Shown here piece after piece: positions 29,629 to 36,934 of a stretch of DNA of 36,934 nt. The first letter of the stretch is position 1. The number at the start of each line of letters is the position of its first letter. Where the stretch lies: assembly GCA_050331235.1 (NCBI GenBank), contig JBHJHA010000022.1, forward strand, positions 1 through 36,934. The letters run 5' to 3'. The position numbers and the translations under genes were made by a program. Under the pieces are notes generated by a model. That model was not told the origin of the DNA. It worked only from the letters and a program-made list of their open reading frames with translations, and did not search any database. Source of the DNA: Leptolyngbyaceae cyanobacterium. Its GTDB lineage: Bacteria; Cyanobacteriota; Cyanobacteriia; Phormidesmidales; Phormidesmidaceae.

Positions 29629-30192
29629 ATGGATTCAGAGACATCTTTTACCGAAGATGGGCAACTGTGGGACCAGATTATGGCTGGCGATATAGAGGCC
29701 ATGGCTGTACTCTACGATCGCCACGCCGGATTGGTTTACGGGATTGCGCTAAAAGTACTGCATGATCCTCAAGAAGCAGAAGATCTTGTGCAAGATATCT
29801 TTGTGCAGCTAGTCAAGCGATCTACCTACGATCCTCGACGCGGTAGTCTCAGAACTTATCTATCCATCATGACTCGTTCTAGAGCGATTGATCGATTGCG
29901 GTCACGACAGTCGACGCAGCGTTCTGTCAATCGCTTAACAGCGGAGCAGCCTACAGTGACTGATGACACGCCTACAGATATCGTCTCTCGTGAGGAAGAA
30001 AACCAGGCTGTCCGGGATGCGTTGGCTCAGCTATCAGAAAGTCAAAAGCAGGTTTTGCGACTGGCCTACTATGAGGGTTTACCCCAGACCCAAATTGCCA
30101 AACGGTTAAAGACGCCCTTGGGCACGGTCAAAACCCGAGCCCGCCAGGGATTGATAAAATTGCGGCAAATTTTGACCCGTCAGCATCGGTAG
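29629..30192 (+). CDS. ECF RNA polymerase sigma factor (SigK-like)
   Basis: Region 2 (LYDRH...AEDLVQDIF...YDPRRGSL..YL....RSRAIDRLR) and region 4 (LAYYEGL.Q.QIA..L..PLGTVKTR). ATG 29629 with GGAG RBS is preferred over 29575. Confidence 0.92.
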   Translation: MDSETSFTEDGQLWDQIMAGDIEAMAVLYDRHAGLVYGIALKVLHDPQEAEDLVQDIFVQLVKRSTYDPRRGSLRTYLSIMTRSRAIDRLRSRQSTQRSVNRLTAEQPTVTDDTPTDIVSREEENQAVRDALAQLSESQKQVLRLAYYEGLPQTQIAKRLKTPLGTVKTRARQGLIKLRQILTRQHR

Positions 30193-30221
30193 AGAGTTTC
30201 ACGGCAGGAACACGGCAAGGT

Positions 30222-31025
30222 ATGACGACCCCCTCCTTTTCTCCAGAAGAGCGCCAGCGCTTGATTGCTGACTACGTGCTTTATAACCTGACGCCAGAAG
30301 ACGCCGCCCGCCTTGAACAATGTGCAGCGACTGATCCGACGATCGCCGCCGAGATGGCCCAAGCCCTAGAAGAGATGCAGCGATCGCTAGAAGTCGCCTT
30401 TGCCACAACGGAGGTCGCCCCGCCGGCGTATCTACGGGCAGCAGTGCTTAATCAAATTCGCTCAGAGTTGGCGGATACCGCTACGCCTCCCGAGAATCTA
30501 GTCATTCCAACGCACTGGAGCAACCGCTGGCTACTGATCGGGGCGAGTGCAATCGCGGCCGCCATCATGGTTGGGCTGGGCATCAACAATGTGATGCTAC
30601 GACGATCGCTGCAGCTGGCTCGCTCTCAATCAGGCCAAACTGTGCCCGCTGCGACCCAACAGATTTCACTGGCGCCTACCGCTACCAGCACCGTCAGCAG
30701 CGAGGTCAACTTTACAGTTGAAGTGGATACTGACAACCTGCAGGCGACCATCCAGGCTGAAAACCTCGACCCACTGCCGCCTGAGCAGGTATATGTGCTG
30801 TGGACCGTGCTACAGGCAGACGCTCCTTTTACTACCGATGATCAAAACGCGATCTTGACCCACGTGTTTAACGTGGATGACCAAGGCAACCTGATGCCCC
30901 AGTTGGTGGCACTTCCCAGTGTGTATCAGGAAGCCGCTTGGGTGAAAGCCGTGGCCGTCACCATTGAGGATGCCGATGCTCCGCAGAGTCATCAATCTGC
31001 CCCAATTTTGATCGATATGTTGTAA
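30222..31025 (+). CDS. Anti-sigma factor, RskA-like (cytoplasmic ASD, one TM, extracytoplasmic domain)
   Basis: LIADYVL..L.PE, PP..LRA.VL, TM helix, NL.PLP..QVYVLW and AVTIE. Directly downstream of the ECF sigma. Confidence 0.88.
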   Translation: MTTPSFSPEERQRLIADYVLYNLTPEDAARLEQCAATDPTIAAEMAQALEEMQRSLEVAFATTEVAPPAYLRAAVLNQIRSELADTATPPENLVIPTHWSNRWLLIGASAIAAAIMVGLGINNVMLRRSLQLARSQSGQTVPAATQQISLAPTATSTVSSEVNFTVEVDTDNLQATIQAENLDPLPPEQVYVLWTVLQADAPFTTDDQNAILTHVFNVDDQGNLMPQLVALPSVYQEAAWVKAVAVTIEDADAPQSHQSAPILIDML

Positions 31026-31050
31026 TCTCTCTTCAGCGTCAGCGGACTCA

Positions 31051-32685
31051 CTATGGATAGGGATAGATATACGCTTGCTGCATAGTGCTGGCTCGGTAGA
31101 TCAACACTGTCTCGGTTGGCACCCCACCGCGCGTCAGCGGGATCTCATCCACCAGCGTCATGTCTTGGAAATAGGGCTCAAACTCTGCCAACAGCTCATC
31201 TTGCTCAGGATGCAGGCTCGCCAGAGTCACATAGAGCGCACTATCACCAATCCACTCGGTGGGGTCATGCCAAAAAGCAAACCCCCGCGGATCTTGACTA
31301 AAACAGGTGATGGGCTGCGCCGCTAATGGATACAACGCCATGTCTACATAACCCGAGAGATAAAACTCATCAGTAAACACAAAATCGATCGCTTCCAGGG
31401 CTGACATGAGCTGTTCGCTATCACGAAAGCGTGATCGCAATTGCCCCACATCCAACAGCGTAGTTGAGCCATCTTGCTCCACCGGGACGGTCCCCCCTAA
31501 CAGGGCGAACTGACTCGGCTTTTGTAACAGGCCTAGATTGAGATGCAGCAGCGCCACGATCACCAGCGTGCCTAAAAAAAAGGCTGAGCTACCGAGCCAG
31601 CGCCGCACCGTGCGCGATCGCCACTGACTGGCGCTGTGGGCCAGCAATAGCGTTAATCCCCAAAACCCAGGGGCGGGCCAAGCTGGATAGATCGCCTGCT
31701 TGCCCCCTAATAGGGTGAATCCTAAGGCAATGGGTAGCGACAGCCAGAGAATTAAAGCGGTGCGATCGCGGGCCACCCGTTCACCAGCGCTGAGCGGTGG
31801 CTGCATGATCATCTGCGCTTGCTCGAGTAGCGCCTGAGCTGTGCTCCACCACAGCGGCAAGCCAATGGCGGGAAAGAGATAGAGCAGACCTAAACCCCAA
31901 GTTCCCAACGCATCTAAAACGCGATAGGGATGGGGCTCACCCGCTCCCTCAAACCGCATGAATAAGTGAAACCGAAAGGAAAACCAGTCGTTCTGGCTGT
32001 TCCATAGCCATAGGGGTAACAGAGTGGCGACAAACAGTCCACAGGCGACCAACAACCAAGGCGACCAAAAGACCTTGCGGGTGCGATCGCTGGTCAGGCA
32101 AAAGCCCACCAAACCAGCTCCCAAGACAAATCCGTGGTACTTGCTCAAGCAGGCCAGACCTACAGTAATGCCGATCAGAGCCACTCGATAACTGGGGCGA
32201 TACACCGCCTTACGCAGGGATGACGTGGATGAAAATCGATCAGGAATAAATTCCCAGGCGGCGAGCAATAGGGTCAGCGTCCAAAAGAAAATCAGTCCGT
32301 TATCTGGCGACGTCAATACCCCAAAGCCAATCCAGAAAATAGGGGCCACTGTGCAAGGGGCGATTGCCAAGATGCCGGTCTTCTCATCAAACAAATGGCG
32401 AGCCACCACATACAGCAGCAGCAAACTCAGCGGATACAGCAGCAGGGCCCCCAACCGAATAGTCAACGAATTGCCCACTCCTAGCGGCCACCACCCCACC
32501 CCAGTAGTCAGCGCCACCATCAGCGGATGATCAAAGTAGCTCCAGGCTAAATGGCGACTGTAGAGATAGTTATAGGCCTCGTCAAAGCCTACCGGTAGAA
32601 ACAGGGCTACTAGGAGGCGAAATAACCATCCCCCCCCCAGCCACCACCAAACCGTTCGGTATATCTGAGGTACAAAAAGTTTCAT
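31051..32685 (-). CDS. GT-C fold glycosyltransferase (family 39/83, ArnT/PMT-like)
   Basis: GFDEAY, SYFDHP.MVA, IRLG, SPD, GLACLSKYHG, W.WN.QNDW.SF.F and many TM helices. Confidence 0.88.
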   Translation of the reverse strand: MKLFVPQIYRTVWWWLGGGWLFRLLVALFLPVGFDEAYNYLYSRHLAWSYFDHPLMVALTTGVGWWPLGVGNSLTIRLGALLLYPLSLLLLYVVARHLFDEKTGILAIAPCTVAPIFWIGFGVLTSPDNGLIFFWTLTLLLAAWEFIPDRFSSTSSLRKAVYRPSYRVALIGITVGLACLSKYHGFVLGAGLVGFCLTSDRTRKVFWSPWLLVACGLFVATLLPLWLWNSQNDWFSFRFHLFMRFEGAGEPHPYRVLDALGTWGLGLLYLFPAIGLPLWWSTAQALLEQAQMIMQPPLSAGERVARDRTALILWLSLPIALGFTLLGGKQAIYPAWPAPGFWGLTLLLAHSASQWRSRTVRRWLGSSAFFLGTLVIVALLHLNLGLLQKPSQFALLGGTVPVEQDGSTTLLDVGQLRSRFRDSEQLMSALEAIDFVFTDEFYLSGYVDMALYPLAAQPITCFSQDPRGFAFWHDPTEWIGDSALYVTLASLHPEQDELLAEFEPYFQDMTLVDEIPLTRGGVPTETVLIYRASTMQQAYIYPYP

Positions 32686-32848
32686 ACAGCGCAGGCCGAA
32701 TCGTCAGAGGTCGCTATTGTTAAGGACAAACTACCCACAGCGCTTTTTGAGCGATCGCGGATAAAATATCGTCTCAGTGCCCTTAATCATGACATGGCTA
32801 GTTGGTCTTGTCTGACAGCGGGTCATTCTCCTAAGGAAAGCAGTACCC

Positions 32849-34096
32849 ATGAAGGGAAGTGCAGAAATTATTTGCGTCGGCAGTGAGCTATTGCTGGGCG
32901 ATATCACCAATACCAATGCCCGATTTTTGGCCCAGGAGTTGGCCCAACTGGGCATCCCCCACTATTACCAAACCGTAGTCGGCGATAATCCCCTGCGCAT
33001 TCAGCGGGCCGTTGCCATCGCCTGCGATCGGGCTCGACTGCTGCTCTTCACCGGTGGGTTGGGCCCCACACCCGATGACCTGACCCATGAAACCTTGGCT
33101 GATTTTTTTGATGTCCCCCTCGAGGAGTACGCCGACGTCCTCGCCGATATTCAGCAAAAATATGCCCAGCGGGGACGCACCATGGCCCCGAGCAATCGTA
33201 AGCAGGCCTTACTGCCTCGGGGAGCTGCCGTCTTACCCAATCCGTCAGGGAGCGCCCCCGGTATTGTGTGGGAGCCGCGACCAGGGCTAGTGATCATGAC
33301 GTTTCCTGGGGTACCTAAGGAAATGCACCGCATGTGGCGTGAAACCGCCATTCCCTACTTGCAGACCCAAGGCTGGGCCGCAGCGCCCATCTATAGTCGC
33401 ACCCTAAAGTTTTGGGGCATCGGCGAGTCAAACTTAGCCGAAAAAGTGAATCATCTTTTTGATCTTGAAAACCCTACGGTGGCCCCCTATGCCAGCCAAG
33501 GCACTGTCAAACTCAGGGTATCCGCTAGGGCTGATTCCGAGGCGGAAGCGATCGCCCTCATTAACCCCATTGCCGATGAAATTCTGACCATCGCCGGAGA
33601 GTATTACTACGGTCAAGATGATGAGACCCTTGCCTCGGCTGTCGGGGAGCAACTCCGGCAGCAGCAACAAACCCTCGCCGTCGCGGAATCTTGCACCGGC
33701 GGTGGACTAGGGCAAATGCTGACGGCCGTACCGGGCAGTTCGCAATACTTTATGGGCGGCATCATTTCCTATGACAATGCCATCAAGATCGGTCTTTTAG
33801 GCGTGCATCCCGACAGTTTGGCTACCGATGGTGCTGTGAGTGAATCCGTCGCTGAACAAATGGCCGCAGGGGTGCGGGCTCGTTTGGGGACGGACTGGGG
33901 ACTGGGCATCACCGGCATTGCAGGGCCCGGCGGCGGTACCGCAGACAAACCAGTCGGCCTAGTCTACATTGGGGTGGCGGGCCCTGACCACACAGTGGTG
34001 AGCCACCGTTTTCAGTTTGGCAATCTGCGCGGTCGAGACTGGATTCGACATTTGAGCTGCTGCACTGCATTGGATCTGCTCCGGCGATCGCTCTAG
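32849..34096 (+). CDS. cinA: Competence/damage-inducible protein A (molybdopterin-binding-like domain + NMN deamidase)
   Basis: VGSELLLG...NTNA, TGGLGPTPDDLT, PGVP.EM, AVAESCTGG and GITGIAGPGGG. Confidence 0.95.
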   Translation: MKGSAEIICVGSELLLGDITNTNARFLAQELAQLGIPHYYQTVVGDNPLRIQRAVAIACDRARLLLFTGGLGPTPDDLTHETLADFFDVPLEEYADVLADIQQKYAQRGRTMAPSNRKQALLPRGAAVLPNPSGSAPGIVWEPRPGLVIMTFPGVPKEMHRMWRETAIPYLQTQGWAAAPIYSRTLKFWGIGESNLAEKVNHLFDLENPTVAPYASQGTVKLRVSARADSEAEAIALINPIADEILTIAGEYYYGQDDETLASAVGEQLRQQQQTLAVAESCTGGGLGQMLTAVPGSSQYFMGGIISYDNAIKIGLLGVHPDSLATDGAVSESVAEQMAAGVRARLGTDWGLGITGIAGPGGGTADKPVGLVYIGVAGPDHTVVSHRFQFGNLRGRDWIRHLSCCTALDLLRRSL

Positions 34097-34261
34097 GTTA
34101 ATTAACATTTGCTTAATGTTGATCATTCGGTCAGATTAGTTATCATCATTACAGGATGCTTTTTGCAGTGCCTTTTTTGCCTAGCCAGTCGGCAGATTGA
34201 GTGAAGATTGGGCAAAATATACTAAGGAAGTGCATCTATCGCTGAAATGGAGACCGCCTTC

Positions 34262-34393
34262 ATGGATATCGAAAAGGTTCTGGAAAAGTTAAAAGAGTGG
34301 TTAAATCGCATCGCTGATGCGCTGTTCGGCCCTCAAGCTCAACCTGAATCAGAACCCATTCCCGTGCCCGTCGATGATCGCCGCGTGCGATAG
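34262..34393 (+). CDS. Unannotated 43-aa microprotein with PIPVPV motif
   Basis: Manual translation gives MDIEKVLEKLKEWLNRIADALFGPQAQPESEPIPVPVDDRRVR*. GGAG lies upstream and the stop is 3 nt before the aroQ GTG. Confidence 0.75.
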   Translation: MDIEKVLEKLKEWLNRIADALFGPQAQPESEPIPVPVDDRRVR

Positions 34394-34396
34394 ACC

Positions 34397-34855
34397 GTGG
34401 CTGGTACATCATTGAATATTCTGGTTCTTCACGGCCCTAATCTCAATATGCTGGGCAAGCGAGAACCTGGAATCTACGGCCTGAAAACGCTGCAGCAAAT
34501 CAATAGTTTGCTTGAGGTCAGTGCTGAAAGTCTTTCGGTAGAAATTTCCATTGAACAGTCTAATCATGAAGGTGCTTTGATCGAGGCGATCCAAGGCACT
34601 TTTAATGTTTTTGATGGGCTATTGATTAATCCCGCTGCCTATACCCACACCAGCGTCGCAATTCGGGATGCGATCGCCGCCGTCGCTATTCCGACCGTTG
34701 AGGTGCATCTCAGCAACATTTACCAGCGCGAATCCTTTCGCCACCATTCCTATATTGCCCCGGTCGCGGTTGGACAGATATCAGGTTTCGGGGCTGACAG
34801 CTATCGGTTAGGTCTCGAAGCTCTGGTGTCACATCTGCGGGCTGCACTAACTTAG
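34397..34855 (+). CDS. aroQ: Type II 3-dehydroquinate dehydratase
   Basis: [39 protein letters not shown] and EVHLSNI..RE.FRH.S. Confidence 0.97.
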   Translation: MAGTSLNILVLHGPNLNMLGKREPGIYGLKTLQQINSLLEVSAESLSVEISIEQSNHEGALIEAIQGTFNVFDGLLINPAAYTHTSVAIRDAIAAVAIPTVEVHLSNIYQRESFRHHSYIAPVAVGQISGFGADSYRLGLEALVSHLRAALT

Positions 34856-34870
34856 CGAGAGAAGCAGCCG

Positions 34871-35833
34871 TTACCGACTAGCAAAGCAATCGGTTGCGTC
34901 GACTAAAGCGCTGATGATTCCTGGTTCGGACGAAGAGTGTCCCGCCGCTGGCACGATTACGAGTTTGGACTCCGGCCAGGCTCGATGGAGTTCCCAAGCC
35001 GTTTTCATGGGGCAAATGACATCATAACGGCCTTGCACTATTATCCCCGGAATTGACCATAGCTTTGCTGCCTGGTTAATGATTTGGCAGGGCGATTCTA
35101 AAAAGCCACCATGCATAAAATAGTGACACTCAATCCGGGCAAAGGCGATCGCAAACGAGGACTCGCCAAATTTCTCCATCAGCGCATCACTAGGGGTGAG
35201 CTTACTAGTGCTGGCTTCCCAGACTGACCAAGTACGTGCTGCCTCAAGCTGAATGGCAGGGTCCGCATCGTTGAGCCGTCGATGATAGGCCGATAGCAAG
35301 TCGTTCCGTTCCTCGGGGGGAATTGGGGCTAAATAAGTTTCCCACGCGTCTGGAAACAGATAGTTGGCCCCCGCCTGATACAGCCATCGAATTTCTTCCG
35401 GACGCAGGGTAAAGATACCCCGCAATATCAAACCGCTACAGCGCTCCGGATAAGTTTGGGCATAGATGAGGGCCAGAGTGCTTCCCCAACTGCCGCCAAA
35501 TACGACCCAAGTGTCAATGCCAAAATGGGCTCGGATTTTTTCGATGTCGGCAACCAAATGCCAAGTCGTATTATCAGTCAGGTCGGCATGGGGGTGACTG
35601 CGTCCACAGCCCCGCTGGTCAAACAAAATGATGTGCCACCTGCTTGGATCAAAAAACTGTCGATCTGTTGGTTGCGTACCGCCGCCTGGCCCACCGTGGA
35701 GAAAAATCACAGGCTTTCCCTCCGGATTACCAGAGGCTTCAATGTAGAGTGTATGCCGTTCAGAAACAACAAGGGCAGTTGTGTAGTACGGCTCTATGGG
35801 CGGATAAAGCTGACGGACGGTCGAAGCAGTCAC
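34871..35833 (-). CDS. pip: Proline iminopeptidase
   Basis: LYPPIEPY, HGGPGGG, FDQRGCGRS, GGSWGSTL, QGRYDVICP and AGHS. Confidence 0.95.
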   Translation of the reverse strand: MTASTVRQLYPPIEPYYTTALVVSERHTLYIEASGNPEGKPVIFLHGGPGGGTQPTDRQFFDPSRWHIILFDQRGCGRSHPHADLTDNTTWHLVADIEKIRAHFGIDTWVVFGGSWGSTLALIYAQTYPERCSGLILRGIFTLRPEEIRWLYQAGANYLFPDAWETYLAPIPPEERNDLLSAYHRRLNDADPAIQLEAARTWSVWEASTSKLTPSDALMEKFGESSFAIAFARIECHYFMHGGFLESPCQIINQAAKLWSIPGIIVQGRYDVICPMKTAWELHRAWPESKLVIVPAAGHSSSEPGIISALVDATDCFASR

Positions 35834-36490
35834 AATAATCTACAGTTCACTGGTCTATGGACATGGTTGAAGATTATAGTGACTTTCTGGGGCGTGGGTC
35901 TGACTGTCGATAGTTTTCAACAAACATGGTAGAAGGAGCAAGCAGCAAAGAATCTAATTGCCCTATGGTTACAAGCTAGGCGGTTAGACAGTATTAGATT
36001 CAAAACCCATGGAAGGTCCTCGCTACCGGCGATGCAGCGATGGAAAATGTCTCAACCTAAGTGTGGTCTACCAGACGACCATGGTTGATTACAGTTAACA
36101 CATCCTCAAGTAAATAGGGGTTGGTTGTGGCAGAATTCCTCTCACCATGTCAGTTTTCAGCTTCAAGTAAAAGGTTTATTGCTACAACCGCTCTTACAGA
36201 ACTGTCTGAGTCAGTTGTTCTGTATCTTTGATGAATCTGACTTGGATTTTGGCCTCTATGAAAATCAAGGAAAATCAAGCTGATTGAGCTGCAGCTTGCG
36301 ACTCATCAGCCACGCGATCGCTCGGATTTTCTAGGCCTGGGACTTTACCACAAGCCACTTGCCAGTAATCGGGTCACGATAACTATGAAAAGGATTGGTT
36401 TTTAGGGGTCGCTTACAGGCTCTGGGCATCACTTAGAAATAGATCTCGATTTTTAGATCGTAGTCAAGTGGGGTAAAAGTTCCCGTGATT

Positions 36491-36539
36491 ATCTCTGTGG
36501 TCTGCGGTGATAGCATCCCACCCAGGCAGTGACAGAGAT
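36491..36539 (-). terminator. Imperfect hairpin just downstream of nth
   Basis: ATCTCTGT...ACAGAGAT outer arms with CTGC/GCAG and GGTG/CACC inner pairing, about 27 nt after the nth stop. Confidence 0.35.
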
Positions 36540-36565
36540 CACATATTGCGGGTCGTTTCCCAGCG

Positions 36566-36934
36566 TCAGACCATTGGGGTATGCGAGCCTGCCGGCGCCT
36601 GAGATGCACCAACTGAGGCAGAAGCGCAGAGGTCAGCTAGCTCGCAGCGATTGCAGGCGGGCTTCCGGGCATTGCAAACAGCCCGACCATGGTAGATCAG
36701 TCGAATTGACCAGTTTTCCCAATCAACTTGGGGAATCAGCTTCATCAATTCTTGCTCAACCTTTTTGGGGTCGGTGTGTTTGGTTAGCCCCAACAGCTTG
36801 GTTAGTCGCTTGACGTGGGTATCAACAGTGACACCAGCGTTTATGCCAATTGCGTGGGCCAATACTTCATTTGCTGTCTTGCGTGCTGCCCCCGTTAAAC
36901 TCGTTATCTCTGCCATGTTTCGCTGTACCTCTCC
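36566..36934 (-). CDS. nth: Endonuclease III, 5'-truncated by the window edge
   Basis: The frame is open to the window end. RKTAN, VDTHVKRL, LIYHGRAVC.ARKPAC..C.LADLC [4Fe-4S] motif. Confidence 0.93.
   Translation of the reverse strand, partial: GEVQRNMAEITSLTGAARKTANEVLAHAIGINAGVTVDTHVKRLTKLLGLTKHTDPKKVEQELMKLIPQVDWENWSIRLIYHGRAVCNARKPACNRCELADLCASASVGASQAPAGSHTPMV

Larger units (their letters stand above)
1261..36321. repeat. HIP1 octamer GCGATCGC dispersed throughout the window
   Basis: Very frequent, for example at 1261, 1476, 2001, 17225 and 36314, in both coding and intergenic DNA. This is a known cyanobacterial genome signature. Not exhaustively counted. Confidence 0.95.

Noticed and set aside
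1627..36813. The many 60-160 aa ORFs nested in or antisense to identified genes
   Set aside because: Shadow ORFs expected from codon bias, with no family motifs.
36840..36934. Diversity-generating retroelement template/variable repeat explanation for the A-biased nth segment
   Set aside because: No reverse transcriptase and no second copy in the window, nth is not a DGR-type target, and the edge position favours sequencing error.
1..36934. CRISPR arrays, tRNA, rRNA, tmRNA, RNase P RNA
   Set aside because: I saw no regularly spaced 23-47 bp repeats or recognisable structural-RNA signatures in the intergenic regions. A covariance-model scan was not possible.

Overview
Mostly core-genome segment of a beta-cyanobacterium, probably a filamentous Leptolyngbyaceae/Nodosilinea/Halomicronema-like strain (inferred from the dense HIP1 octamer GCGATCGC, chlB and a phycobilisome linker). 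It begins in the 3' end of an IS1-family element and ends inside nth. Housekeeping genes include chlB, pyrH-frr, sbcC, cinA, aroQ and pip. There are two hybrid histidine kinases (one ending in a GGDEF domain), a 1753-aa signal-peptide/TPR/CHAT protein, a membrane-anchored CpcL-type linker and an ECF sigma/anti-sigma pair. The best items not obvious from the ORF track are: (i) the 'ParA + hypothetical' pair at 17349-18811 has the hallmarks of a type 2 McdAB carboxysome-positioning system, and its McdB carries an internal duplication; (ii) a 43-aa microprotein ends 3 nt before aroQ; (iii) three 16-bp-period LexA-box-like repeats precede sbcC; (iv) a putative ECF promoter is followed by a 25-aa sORF and hairpin upstream of the ECF sigma gene; (v) an NtcA-type promoter precedes the DUF1830 gene. 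I saw no rRNA, tRNA or CRISPR array. I cannot claim a wholly new system from sequence alone. All family calls come from motif recognition, not database searches.
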